A stretch of DNA of 64,000 nucleotides, taken from an uncultured Planctomycetaceae bacterium (lineage in GTDB: Bacteria > Planctomycetota > Planctomycetia > Pirellulales > PALSA-1355). The notes beneath the pieces are model-generated. The model did not search any database, was not told where the DNA came from, and worked only from the letters and a program-made list of their open reading frames with translations. The DNA lies in contig CAWAUV010000007.1 of NCBI GenBank assembly GCA_963785305.1, forward strand, positions 512,001-576,000, given 5' to 3'. How positions within the stretch are numbered: position 1 is the stretch's first letter; the number at the start of each line of letters is the position of its first letter. Below, in pieces: positions 41,636 through 54,020 of the stretch. Both the position numbers and the translations under genes were made by a program.

Positions 41636-44600
41636 CTAGTGAATTTCCAGGCGTTTGACGAGCGCTTCGTAACGCGATTGTTCGAAGCTGCTGAGGCTCT
41701 CGGGGTCGAGCCCCATTTCCCGGGCGCGGGAGATCGAACGCATCGCGCTGCCCCGGTCGCCGGCCATGTCTTGCGCAGCGCCAGATGCACGTATTTCGGC
41801 GCCGATCCGCCCTCGCTCACGGACCGAGTCAACTCGCGCACCGAGTCGGATACTTTGCCTTCGACCAGCCACACGATCCCTTGCGTGTCTTGCACATCGG
41901 CCGTGGGCCCGATCACCGAGATCGCTTCCTCGATCAATTTCTTGGCCCGCGCGAGGTCGCCCGGGCGATTGCGCAGCGCCAATACGAACGCGAGATTGTT
42001 TTTCACCACGGCGGCCTGACTCGGTTTCACCGAATCGAGCTTAAGCACATTGACGTAGGCCTCGATCACTCGGTCGACCTGACGTGTCTGATCGTAGAGA
42101 TCGGCTTGGAACATGCGATAGGCCGAATTGTTCGGCTCTTCCGCGAGCCCGATCGCGATCCAGTTTTCGATTTGGCCGATCTGCCGCTCGGTGATGTCGA
42201 CGTGGCGACTGCGCATGCAGGCCAGCGCCGCTCCGATCACGGTGGTGAGCGGCTGCGAACGGCGCGATTTTTCGAACAGCGTGAAGGTTTCATCGAGATC
42301 GAAGTGGCGGCCGAGGAAGGTGGCCAACATCAATTCGGTCCGCGGTTCCAGATCGACCAATTGCCGCAGATAGCCCTCGGAAAGCTCCGGGGCGCCGATC
42401 GACTCGAGAATCGACGCCGCTTGGGCCAGCCGCTGAGCTTGGTCGGGCGGCAGCGGTTCGGGCACGAACTCCTTGACCAGCTCGATTGCTTGGTCGCGCT
42501 TGCCTTGCTTGGCCAAGAGCCGCGCTTTCAATTCGAGCGATTGCGGCGTGTTGGGCTGCGAGGCGACGACCCGCTCCACCCAGCGAGCCGCGTCGTCGAC
42601 CTCGTTGTGCTTGATCTGCAACGAGGCCAGAATCGCCATGTACTGCGGATTGTTGCCGGTGCGGCCGAGCAAATTCAGCAGTTGCTCGCGGGCCTTGTCC
42701 CAGCGCCCGGCGCGTTCGTAGAGCTGGGCAAGTTGCAAATGCAGATCGTCGGGCAGGGGACGCTTGGCTTGCAGATGTTCGAGCAGCTTGACGGCTTTTT
42801 GCCGCGACTCGGCCTCGGGCCGCTCGCCGAGCATGCCGGCCAGGAGCGTGGCGTCTTCGGTGGTGTAGTGGCCCGCTTGCGCGTTGGCCTCGATCACGCT
42901 CACGGCCTTGCGCAGACTTTCGAAATCTCCCTGGGTCTTGAGCAACTGTGCTTTGGAGCGGCGAGCCCAAAAGAGCCGGTCGCGGAATTCATCGGACTTG
43001 CGCGATTCGCAGTAGGCGATCAATTTGTCCAGCTGCTGCTCGAGCTTTGGAGTTTGTTTGGTGCGTTGGTAGAAACTGGCCAGTGCTTGCATTTCGGCCG
43101 AGTTTTCGGGTTCGGCTTTCAGCCGATCGAGATAGATCTGCTCGGCGGCGGCGATGTCGCCGACCAATTCATGGTATTGCGCCAAGGTCTGCGGACGCTC
43201 GGCCTCGGGAACCGAGCGCTCGATATCGCCGAGCACTTCGGCCGCTTGATTGGGTTTTTTGTGAACAAGCAAATGGTTGGCCAAGAGGAGCCAGTAAATG
43301 CCCGAAGCCGGTTGCAGTTCAACCGCCGCGCGGTATTCGCGTTCGGCGTCGGCGGCTCTGCCGGAGGTGTCGAGCAATTGCCCGAGCCAGACATGGTTGC
43401 CGGCGTCCTTGGGGGCGTCTTCCACGGCTCGCTCGGCCGCGGCCATCGCCTCGTCGGCATGGCCGGTTTGAAGCGCGATGTGGGAATCGATCTTGCGCAT
43501 CGTGTCCGAGGCGGTCGTGGCGCCCACGAGTTGGATCGCCTCGCGGGCTTCCGCCAGCCGGCCCCGCGCATAGAGCAGCTCCACCAGCCGGCGAGCCGTG
43601 GCCGCATGGCCGGGCGAGAGATTGAGCGCGTGGCGGTAGCCCTGAATTGCTTCGTCGGCCCGGCCATCGAGCTCGTCGATTTCGGCGCCCAGCCGAGCGA
43701 CTTCGTACCATTCGGCCCGACCGGCCCGCGCATCGGAAAGCAGGTCGCGCGCTCGCGTGAGCGCCGAGCGGCCGAGTTTTTTCGAGCGAACCTGCCACAC
43801 GATTTCGCAGGCGCCGGCGTAGCGGGCTAGCGAACTCGAGGCGCCGGCCAAACGCCGCAACTGCCGCGCGCCCTCGCTCATGTCGTCGGGCTTCGAGAAT
43901 TCGACCGCCAGTTCGAAGAGCGTCTGCCGCAGTCGGGGGTCCTCGGGGCGAGTCTCGGCCACGCGCGTCCAGCAGCGGCGCGTGTTGTCGTAATCACGCA
44001 TCCGATAATGCAAATTGCCCAGGTCGCTCCAGAAGGCGGCTTGCTGATCCACCGGGAACTTGTCGAGGCCGTCTTCAAGCGACTTGAGCCGCTGCGGAAG
44101 CTCGGCGCCGCCCATTCGCGCCCACAGATTCGCCTGCGCAATGCGCATCGGCACGATATCCCCTAGCTCCTTGCGGGCCACGTCGATGAACTTCTGTGTC
44201 TTGTCGACATCGTAGTCTCGCTGCATCAGGTTCAAGAGCGAGAGCCAGATCGCGAGATCCTTGGGACTGTTCTTGCGAGCCGTGAGCAAGATCGACTTCG
44301 CTTCGTCGACTTTGTCCTGCATGAACTTGAGCTCGGCCCGAATAATCGCCTTCTGGGTGTCGGTCTGCGTGGGATCGTCGACGAAGCTTTGGGCCAGCGC
44401 TTCGACTTCCCGCCAATCCCGCCTGTCTTTCGGGAGCCGCAATTGCTGCGAGATTCGCAGTTGCAGGAGTTGATTGCGCACGATCGTGGGCGTGGCGACT
44501 TTGTTTCGCGCGAGGCTCTTGACCAGATCGGTCAGCGAGTCGATCGCCATTTCCGAGTTACCCATCGCCGCCAGCGCGCGAGATTCACCCAGCTTGGCGC

Positions 44601-45909
44601 TGAGCAGCGTCGGATCGCGCATGAGGGCTTTGTGATAGACTTCGAGTTCGCGGTCCGGTTGGCCCAAGCGTTCGTAGGCTTCGCCCAGGAGCAGGTCGAT
44701 CTGTTTGGCGATCTCGGGCAGGTCGACCATCAGCGGGCGAATGCGCTCGAGCCGTTGCGAGGCGAGCAGCCATTTTTCTTCCGAGACAAGCAAACGGCAG
44801 TGCATGAATTCGACCAAGTCTTGGCGCACATCGAGCCGGTCGAGTTTGTCGAGCGATTTCCGCGCGTTGTCCAGATCGCGGCTCTGCAGTTGCAAATCGG
44901 CCAAAAACAGCCACAACGCCTGACTATCGGGCAGCGTCTTCAGGGCCGCTTGCACGATCTCCAGCGCGGCGGCCGGCTTATCCTCGTTGAGCGCCAGCGT
45001 GGCCTGGGCCCGGTAAATCGCTTCGTTGTTCGGATATTTCGCCACGCCGCGATCGAGCAGCGCATGCGCCTCGTCGAATTTGCGGAGATTCATCGCCATC
45101 TCGGCGGCCGCCAAAATCACATCGCTGTCGTCGGGCGCCAGGGCCAGCGCGGTCGCGATGTGCTTCGCGGCCGCGTCGCGCCGCCGGGCGCGTTCCTCGT
45201 AGCGCGCCGCCTTGAGAAACGCCCGCGGAGATTCGGGGTTCACTTTCAACATTTGCGCGACCACGCGATCGGCTTGCTCCGAGTCCTCGAACTTTCGCTT
45301 GAGCAAGTCGGCCAGCATCATGTAGGCGTCGAGTTCCTTGGCCGCCCGCGGGGTTTCGACATCGAACCCGTGGGTCGTGTCGTTGTAGCCCAACACGTCG
45401 TAAAACAATCGCAAGGCGCGGTCGACCTGACCGAGCGCGGCGTGGCACTGGGCAATTCGCAAATCCAACTGCACGTCGTCGCGATTGTTCTTGCGCAGTT
45501 CCTCGAACTGCTTCATCGCGTCACCGATGCGCCCGAACCGCGCCAGCAGCAGTTCGGCCAAGCGCCGCCGCACCGGCACGAGGTCCGGATGCAATCGCAG
45601 CGCCTCCTCGCACTTGTCAAACGCCATGCTGACCGTTCGCCGCGTGGCGTCGGGTCTCATGGCTTCGGTCATGAGCAAGGCCGACAATTTCTCATATGCC
45701 TCGGCATTGTCGTGATTCTTCAGGTACTGCCAATATCGCCCGATGGCCTCGATCGGCTTGCCATCGTTTTCCGCCCGCTCGGCCTGCACCAGCAAAACGT
45801 CGGCGTTGCGCTTCTTCTGATAGCCATGCACGACATGCACTCCGAGCATGGCCACCGAGGCGCCCGCGAACAGAGAGCCGACGAGCTTGAAGTTTAATTG
45901 TCGCTGCAT
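41636..45909 (-). CDS. very large TPR-repeat protein (frameshift near C-terminus)
   Basis: N-terminal TM/signal, continuous TPR-like helices, KNNLAFVLA...DTQG. Confidence 0.85.
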
Positions 45910-46455
45910 GCGGAGAAATCCTGTGGATGGCGACCGATGGATCGATGTCCCGAAGAGAATCCGGCTGAAGAGTTATTGTTCGCGCGGCTGGCGGGCGCCG
46001 GCAAATGGATTTGGACGAACGGATGGAATCGGTCCGCTTGATCACTGCCCCGTGCTGGCGCTCTGCGGCGCCGTTCTCGGGACCCTCGCGCCGCGTTTGG
46101 CCCCCAAACGCCTCCGCCTCGGCAAAAGGCCTGATTCAATTCATCCTAACTGCTCGGAAAAACCTGTCAAACGCCCGGCAATCCCGGTGTCTGCCTCGGT
46201 CGCCCTGGCGGCGTGCCGGCCTCGAAAGGTGGGCTGGGGATAGTTAGGCAATCCGAGAGGGCTCCGATCGCCTATTCGGCCCTCGACTTACGACAAGATC
46301 AAAGATTTGGGAAAACTTTGCCGATTAGTAGGACTGTTCCGATCAGGGGTCCTTTATCGATCGCGGACGGTGGAGCGGACAATTGATGCAATCGCCCGGC
46401 GATTCTCCCCAGGGCGATGCGTTTTGCGACCGGTTTTTTTCTTTGAAGGCATAGC

Positions 46456-47543
46456 ATGCGTCGGCGAGTTTTTTTCTGGCTGCAAGTCATCGTGGGGAGC
46501 ATCCTCCTGGGCGCCGGCGCGCTCGTCGGCTGCCAGCAGATCGTCACCCGCGGACAGCATCCCGAGCTCGATGGCTCGCCGACGATTCCTTCGGGCGTCG
46601 CGCCCTTCGAGCGGTCGGCGCCGACGGAAAAAGACAAAACCAGCTTGCCGACCTATGTGATCGAGCCGCCCGACACGCTGCTGATCGACGCCGTGAAGCT
46701 TGTTCCCAAGCCACCCTACAAGATCGAGCCGCTCGATGTGCTCCAGGTGCTGGTCGTGGGCACGCTCCAAGAGCAGCCCATCACGGGCCAGTACCCGATC
46801 GATCCGGGCGGAATGATCGATCTTGGACCTTCCTATGGCAAGGTTCGCGTGGCGGGCATGACCTTCGCCGAAGCGAAGCAAGCGATCGACAAACACCTGC
46901 GTCATATTCTGCGTGAACCCGAGGTGTCGGTATCGCTGGCCCAATCGGCGGGCCAGCAGCAAATTGGCGGTGAGCATCTCGTGGGCCCCGATGGCACGGT
47001 GAACCTGGGCACCTATGGCCGGGTGTATGTGGCGGGAATGACCGTGGCCCAGGCCAAGGCGGCGGTCGAGCGGAAACTGAGCGACAAAATTCTCGAGCCC
47101 AAGGTGTCGGTCGACGTGTACACCTATGGCAGCAAGTTTTACTACATCATCACCGAGGGCGCGGGCAGCGGCGACAGCGTGATGCGCGTGGCGATCACGG
47201 GCAACGAGACCGTGCTCGACGCGATCTGCCAGGTCAACGGCACCAGCCGCCTTTCGAGCCAGAGCATGTGGATCGCTCGACCCGCGCCGGGTGGCATCGG
47301 CTGCGATCAGTTGCTGCCGGTCAATTGGAAAGAGATCAGCAAGGGCGCGGCCACGGCGACGAATTTTCAGATACTGCCGGGCGACCGACTGTTTATTTCG
47401 GAAAACAAGATCATCGCCTTCAGCAGCGCCTGTCGCGGCTTACTTCGCCGTTTGAACGCGTGTTGGGCGTTGGTCTGCTGGGAACGACCACGATCCAAAC
47501 GGCTTACCGTTTTCCCAAGGGCTTCGCCGGCGGATATTTGTAA
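46456..47543 (+). CDS. polysaccharide biosynthesis/export (Wza-like) lipoprotein (frameshift near C-terminus)
   Basis: Lipobox LVGC; YVIEPPD, VGPDGTVNLGTYG, GNETVLDAI, QILPGDRLF. Confidence 0.85.
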
Positions 47544-47648
47544 CGCGTGAGTCGTCGGCGAATCTCGCCATCGGCGCGTCACGGAGACCGCCGAGCGGGA
47601 ACGTCGCGAAGTTCCGCCGGCTCTTTTTTCACTTGCAGCAGGGAAGCT

Positions 47649-49000
47649 ATGCGAGTTGCATCGCAAACATGGATCTGGTGTATCCCGTGCGGCGTGCTGG
47701 GCGGAATGCTGTTTTGCTGTGTCTTGTGCAGCGCCCAATCGCCTCCGCCGCCCGCCGGCTGCGCGAGCGGCGACGGCTGCATTCCGAATTCGGCCACGTA
47801 CGGCTGGTACAAAACACGCTGGCGTCGCTGGCCCGACGCGGAGCAACCGCTCGAGCCCGTGCCCGCGAAGCCGAGCACGCGATCGTCGAAGCCGAAGCCC
47901 GCGCAGCTGCCCTCGAGCGGCGCGTCGCCCGCCCAGCCCGCGGAGCGTCCGCCGATCGAGGAGACATTCCCAACGCCGCCCGAGCAGCCGGCCGGCCAAT
48001 TGCCGGGTCAAGTGCCCGACGTGGACGTGCCGCCGAAGCCGCCCGAATCGCCGCCCGACGAATCTCCGCTGGTTCCTCCCACGGCGCTGCCGCCAGCGGA
48101 GCCGCTAACTCCGACGGCTCCTGGAACTGCTCCTAAAACCGCCGAGCCTCCGGCTGAAGAGATGCCCGGCGAGGCGCCGCCGCCACTCGTGCCGCCGGCC
48201 GCCGCGCCCGCCGATTTACCGCAACCTTCGCTCGAAGATGATCTGCGAAATCTTTTGCCCGACGAGAAACCGACTCGGAAGCCGGCGCCTGGCAAGTCGC
48301 GGACCACGGAACCGCCGCGCACGAAAAGTCGTTTGAAAGAAGATCCGTTCATCGATGATCCGCTCCCTTCGGAAAAGCCATCGCCGCGCCAAGGCCGACG
48401 CCCGCCGCGCCCGCGCCGGTGGAAGGCGAAATGACTGGGTCGGGTCCGCATCACTTGCAATGGGGCGCCGACGACCTGGAACAGGCTCGTCGCGCGGTTC
48501 CGGCCTCGATGTTCCAACTCGAACCGGCGGTCGCGCCGCTGCCGCGCACATCGCTCGCGCCGGCGCGGCAGGCCGCGGCCGCCGCCGCTTTCGGCCAGGT
48601 AGAGCCAATGACGGCGCCGGGGTCGGCGACGGTTGCCCAAGTTCCCGCTGAAGCCGCCGTTCCTGTTTCAGCCACGCCAGCCACGCCAGCCGCGGCGCAA
48701 ACCTCGGCGGCGCTGCGCTGGACATCGACTCCACAATCGGCCCTGGCGCCGAGCGACGCGGACGAGCCGCAAGCCAACGAGTCGCCAGCCACATGGCCGC
48801 AAACTCCGGATCCGCGAACCCCGACTCCGCAATCCGCCGGACCGACGGTTGACGACGCCGCCACGCGCATGGCCCAGTGGCAAGTAGCCACCGCCAACCG
48901 GTCGGCTCGCGCGCCGCAATCCGGAGCCGCCTTGCCACTCAGCCGAGCCAATCCGCTTCGCGGGGCCGCCACGCCGCCGGTCGCCAACCCGCTCCGCTAA
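47649..49000 (+). CDS. secreted Pro-rich protein with C..CIP...YGWY.TRWRRWP motif (frameshifted)
   Basis: ORFs 47547..48434 and 48419..49000; ends in a repeated ANPLR. Confidence 0.6.
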
Positions 49001-49080
49001 AGCCTCGGCGGCGGGCGATGCTTGGCCCGACGCCGCCGAGTATCCGCGAGCCATGTCGCCAGTGTCCAGGGAGCCGTCCG

Positions 49081-49498
49081 ATGCCGATCAAGACCTCATC
49101 CCTCGATGAAATGCCGGTGCTCAACCTCACCGCCATGATCGACATCTTGTTTCTCTTGATCATCTTCTTCATGCTCGGCGCCAAATTCGCCGACGACGAG
49201 CGACGCATCGCGGTCGATGTGCCACGCGTGAACGCCTCGCGGGCCCGCGGCGCCCGGAAACAAACGCGTCGTGGTGGTCGACCGCGCGGGCATCGTGACA
49301 CTCGACGGGCAGAACGTGTCGCTCGCCGAGCTCACCAGCCGGCTGGCGTCGGATAAGAACAAGCGCATCGCGGTGCTGCTCCGCGGCGACGCCGGGGCGC
49401 CGTTTCAACTCGTGGCCGGCGCTCTGAGCGCGTGCAAGGAAGCGGGCGTCGGCGAGCTCTCGGTTTCAGTCAAGTCGGGCGGCCCTGTCCGCAAGTAA
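49081..49498 (+). CDS. exbD: ExbD/TolR biopolymer transport protein (one frameshift)
   Basis: LNLTAMIDILFLLIIFFM; LLRGD. Confidence 0.88.
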
Positions 49499-49507
49499 GG
49501 ACGTTGC

Positions 49508-51355
49508 ATGCGACACGGCGACTTCCTCACCGGCGCTCCGCTCCTCGCCGCGTTTGACGCTCAATCGGTGCGCTACATCGTGTGCGCTGGGCTCGTGGCC
49601 ATTACCTGCTGCTTGCTGGTGCTGGCGCGCACTCAGTGGGGACACTCGAACCCGTTGCGAAAGTGCATCGTGCTTTCGCTGGTGGCCCACCTGCTGATTG
49701 GCATCTACGCGACGACCGTGCAGATCGTGTCCAATGAACCGCCCGGCGGCGCGGCCACGAGCATTGTGCTGGTCGATGGATCGGGCGACGACCTCACCGG
49801 CGCCGCCGAACCGGCCGCGGCCTCGGGCGACGATCTTTCCCCGAACCTGGCCCCCGAGTCGGGCGAGCCCGGGCTCGACGAGACGAATCCGAAGGCGGCG
49901 CGCGACGCCGCGACGCGGGCATCGGCCCCGAGTGCGGCCGCGCCGCCCATTGTTTCAAACGAAACACCGAGCGGCGCGCCCGAGTCGGAGCCGATTAGCT
50001 CGGTATTGAACGAGAGCGCCGCGCCGGCCGAAGCAGCGCCAATCTCCTCGCCCGCGGCAACGGCCGCGGATATTCCGCCGCCCGAGCCCGCGACGAACCC
50101 GGCCAAGGAAAATTCGCCGAAGGAGCCTCCCGCGGCGCAAGCGGCGTCGGCTAGCGAAGCTTCGACTCCCGCGGCGAGCTCCGCGCACACCCCGGCAGAA
50201 AAAACACCGGATACCGATCCCAAGAGCAATGCGCTCGCCGGCGCGGCGCCGATCGCGCGTTCCGCGCCCGCGATCTATTCTCTTCGCACGGCGAGCGATC
50301 ATGTGCGCGTGGCCGAGCAACATGGCGGCAACGAGCAGACCGAAGCCGCCGTGGGCGCGGCGCTCCAGTACCTTGTCGCCAACCAGTCGATCGACGGCCG
50401 ATGGAACCCCCGCGCACTCGAAGCCGGACGCCAACAGCGCAGCGATGGGCCCGATCGCCACGGGGTGGGCATGCAGGCCGACACCGGACTCACCGGGCTT
50501 TGTCTCCTCTCGCTCTTGGCGGCCGGGCACACGCATCTAAACGGTGAATATGCGGCGAGCGTCAAACACGGCCTGGAGTTTCTGCTTGGCGCCCAAACCG
50601 CGGATGGCAGCCTAGCCGGCGCCGCCACGCTCTATGAACGCATGTATTGCCACGGCATGGCCTCGTTTGCCCTGAGCGAAGCCCTGGCCATGACCGGCGA
50701 CGAGCGACTCCGGCCAGCGGTCGAAGCGGCGATCGGCTACACGCTGCACGCCCAGAACGCAACCTCGGGTGGATGGCGTTATCAGCCCGGCGAGCCTGGC
50801 GATATGAGCCAGTTTGGCTGGCAGGCCATGGCGATCAAAAGCGCGGCGCTCGGCGGAGTGGCGATCCCCGACGAAAGCCGCAACGCAATGCGGCAGTTTC
50901 TCCGCGGCGTGTCGAGCGGGCGCCACGCCGGGCTGGCCGCCTATCGGCCGGGTCATCCGCCCACGCGGGCCATGACGGCCGAAGCGCTCGTGTGTCGGCA
51001 GTTCGTGGGCATCGCTCCCGACGATCCGCAAAGCCGCGAGGCGGGCGATTTCGTGATGACCGAACTGCCGGGCGAGGGGCCCGCCAATGTGTATTACTGG
51101 TACTACGGCACGCTCGGCATGTATCAATTGCAAGGCGTTTACTGGCAGCGATGGAACACCGCTTTGCAAAAGCAGCTTTTGAACACCCAGCGGCGCGAGG
51201 GAAAGCTCGCGGGCAGTTGGAATCCCGACCCAGTGTGGGGGGGGTATGGTGGCCGGGCGTTTAGCACGGCGCTTTCGGCGCTCTGCCTCGAGGTCTATTA
51301 TCGATTTCTGCCGCTCTACGCCGCGCACGCCGAGAGCGGGCGCTCGATGCAATGA
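49508..51355 (+). CDS. membrane-anchored prenyltransferase/squalene-oxidase-repeat (alpha/alpha barrel) protein
   Basis: Two TM helices, Pro/Ala linker, Q..DG.W repeats, MYCHG, GGWRY, YYWYY, GSW, LEVYYR. Confidence 0.85.
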   Translation: MRHGDFLTGAPLLAAFDAQSVRYIVCAGLVAITCCLLVLARTQWGHSNPLRKCIVLSLVAHLLIGIYATTVQIVSNEPPGGAATSIVLVDGSGDDLTGAAEPAAASGDDLSPNLAPESGEPGLDETNPKAARDAATRASAPSAAAPPIVSNETPSGAPESEPISSVLNESAAPAEAAPISSPAATAADIPPPEPATNPAKENSPKEPPAAQAASASEASTPAASSAHTPAEKTPDTDPKSNALAGAAPIARSAPAIYSLRTASDHVRVAEQHGGNEQTEAAVGAALQYLVANQSIDGRWNPRALEAGRQQRSDGPDRHGVGMQADTGLTGLCLLSLLAAGHTHLNGEYAASVKHGLEFLLGAQTADGSLAGAATLYERMYCHGMASFALSEALAMTGDERLRPAVEAAIGYTLHAQNATSGGWRYQPGEPGDMSQFGWQAMAIKSAALGGVAIPDESRNAMRQFLRGVSSGRHAGLAAYRPGHPPTRAMTAEALVCRQFVGIAPDDPQSREAGDFVMTELPGEGPANVYYWYYGTLGMYQLQGVYWQRWNTALQKQLLNTQRREGKLAGSWNPDPVWGGYGGRAFSTALSALCLEVYYRFLPLYAAHAESGRSMQ

Positions 51356-51607
51356 CTGGCTCGGCAAAGAGTTGGGCGCACGGGCCGGATCGCGGAGGCC
51401 GCTCGGAGCGTCAGGTTGGCGGGTAATCGCGCCCGCGGCGTGAAAGGTTTGACTTACCGGGGCTAGCCATTAGAATTGAGTTGGTGGATCGCGTGGTAGC
51501 ATGCGCGCCGTGCCCTCGGAGTCGGGGCCACGAACACCCGGCAATAATGTTCGCCGCCCGCGTCGATTCCTTCCTTTGATAGCCCTCGAACAGCAGAGCA
51601 TGTCCCC

Positions 51608-51781
51608 ATGATTGCAATGATCACTCCCCTGACGGCTATTGTCGTGGGACTTGTCGTGCTGCTTCTATTCGGCAGCCGGCTGCCGGGAGTGATGCGGAAC
51701 TTGGGCCAAGGAATGGTGGAGTTCAAGAAGGGCATGCAAGGCATCGACGACGATAAGGATAAGGGTCCGCATCCGAGTTGA
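51608..51781 (+). CDS. tatA: TatA/TatE family subunit
   Basis: LLLFGSRLPGVMRNLGQGMVEFKKG (57 aa, below the ORF-track cutoff). Confidence 0.85.
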   Translation: MIAMITPLTAIVVGLVVLLLFGSRLPGVMRNLGQGMVEFKKGMQGIDDDKDKGPHPS

Positions 51782-51854
51782 GTCGTTGCGGCGCGGGCCT
51801 GAAGAACGCCGTTTGAAAGTTGGCTTTTGTCCTTTTGCTTTTGTAGGTGAGATC

Positions 51855-52154
51855 ATGTTCGGTCTGGGCCCGCTGGAACTTGGCATTGTAGGCGTCATTG
51901 CGGTGCTGCTGTTTGGCAATCGCTTGCCCGAGGTGGGGCGTTCGCTTGGCCGCAGTCTCACCGAGTTCAAGAAGGGTATGCGCGACATTCAGGGCCAGAT
52001 GGACTCGGCGATGCACGAGCCCGCGCCATCGCAAATGGTGCGGAATCAGCGAGCGGTCGACGAGTCGGAAGAGCCGACAGCGCCGAAGTTCGAGCCGCCT
52101 TCGCGCGAGCCGTTCGAAGCCGGGGGCCGCGAACAGGGTCAGCCGCGAGTTTGA
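51855..52154 (+). CDS. tatA: TatA/TatE family subunit (second copy)
   Basis: GLGPLEL...LLFGNRLPEVGRSLGRSLTEFKKG. Confidence 0.88.
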   Translation: MFGLGPLELGIVGVIAVLLFGNRLPEVGRSLGRSLTEFKKGMRDIQGQMDSAMHEPAPSQMVRNQRAVDESEEPTAPKFEPPSREPFEAGGREQGQPRV

Positions 52155-52493
52155 CCGGCCGCTGACTTTACGCCGGTTTTCATTAGCGCCGCTCCGTGCT
52201 CTCCATTTTCTTGCGGCGCTCTCTTCGCGTCGCTGAGTGCGCGATTTCCGGTTGTAGCGATCATGCTCGCGGTATCGTTTTCGCCGGCCGCTCGCGGCGA
52301 TCGTTTTGCTGCGCAACGATCGCTTTTTCCGCGCATCGCTAGCCAGCGGCGCGTTTTCGCTTCGACTTTGACGCTCCGGTCAACGTGACGTAGATAAATA
52401 GCGACGCCCCGTTGCCCGGCCAAAATCGGCTCGTGGCCGCCACGAACACTGTAAACCGGCGATCTGACCGCACTCCGGAAACGATGTACCGCT

Positions 52494-53878
52494 ATGAAAC
52501 ACGCCTCGCTGCTGCTCGTGGACGATGATCGCCGTGTGCTCGAAGGCATGACCGACTGGCTCCGCAGTCTGGGCCACAAGGTCGACGCCGTCGGAAGTCG
52601 CCAAGCCGCGATCGCGTCCGTGGACAAGAAGACCTACGACCTCGCCCTGGTCGACATTCGCCTGACCGATGGCGATGGATTCGACGTGCTCGCGCATTGC
52701 CGGCAGCACACCCCCACGACCGCCGTGATTCTTTTCACCGGCTATGGCACGGTCGAGACCGCCATCGAAGCGATTCGAGCCGGCGCGTTCGATTTTCTGA
52801 CCAAGCCGCTGATCGACGAGGAACTCGAACTGGCGATCGATCGCGCCCTCAACCAGCGAGAAGTCCTCGAGGAAAACAAACAACTCAAGGCCCAGCTCGA
52901 TCTGCGCTTCGGCCTGGAAAACGTCGTCGGCCACGACAATCGCATGCTCAAGGTGTTCGATGTGGTCGACTGCGTGGCCGATACCCGCGCCACGGTGCTC
53001 ATCACCGGCGAGAGCGGAAGCGGAAAATCGCTGATCGCCCGGGCCATGCATCGCCGCAGCTCGCGGCGCGACAAGCCATTCGTGGAAGTCGCCTGCGGAG
53101 CGCTGCCCGAGAATCTGCTCGAAAGCGAGCTATTTGGCCATGTGGCCGGCTCGTTTACCGGCGCCACGGGCGATCGCATCGGTAAGTTCTTGCAAGCCGA
53201 GGGCGGCACGATCTTTCTCGATGAAATCGGCACCGCCAGCCCGGCCTTGCAAGTGAAATTGCTCCGGGTGCTGCAAGAATTCGAATTCGAAGCGGTCGGC
53301 GGATCGAAGACGCATCATGTCGATGCCCGCGTGATTCTCGCCACCAACGAAGACCTCACCGAGCTTGTCGCCGCGGGCCGCTTTCGCCAGGACCTTTATT
53401 ACCGCATCAATGTGGTCAATATCGAGCTGCCGCCGATTCGCGAGCGACTGAGCGATATTCCGCTCCTGGCGCAACATTTTCTCGAACGAGCCTGTGAAGA
53501 GGCCGGCCGAGTGGTTCATGGCTTCACCGACGAAGCGCTCGCGGCGATCGGCCGCTACTCGTGGCCCGGCAATGTCCGCGAGCTGCAAAATGTAATCGAG
53601 CGGGCCGTGCTGCTGGGCAAGGCCGACCAAGTGCGGCTCGAGGATTTGCCGCGCCAGATCATCGGCAGTGTTCCGGCGATGATCGAACCGGTGGTGCGTG
53701 CGCACTCTCAAGCAAGCCTTGGAGATGCCCGAACGACAGATCATTCTCGAAGTGCTCGAGCGCAATCATTGGAACCGCCATTCTGACGGCCGATTCGCTG
53801 GGCATCAATCGCACCACGCTGTATAAGAAGATGAAGCGGCTGGGCCTGGAAGACGGTCGGCCGGCGCTATCGCAATAA
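52494..53878 (+). CDS. sigma-54-dependent response regulator (NtrC family; frameshift before the Fis HTH)
   Basis: Receiver domain, GESGSGKS, ESELFGH..GSFTGA, FLDEI, WPGNVREL, LGINRTTLYKK. Confidence 0.93.
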
Positions 53879-54020
53879 CAGGCGCCAGCCGCATGCGCCG
53901 TCGGGCTGGAGCGGTGGCTGTCTCGTCGCTCATTGGCGATGGGAACCTACAGGCGGCAAAGTCGCTCCCCTAGGCCGGGCGCCGCGATAAAGAGGTCGTT
54001 TCGCCCTGTTCCGACTCCGG

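Noticed and set aside
49508..51355. Squalene-hopene cyclase call
   Set aside because: Single barrel, no DxDD motif, membrane anchor plus long linker
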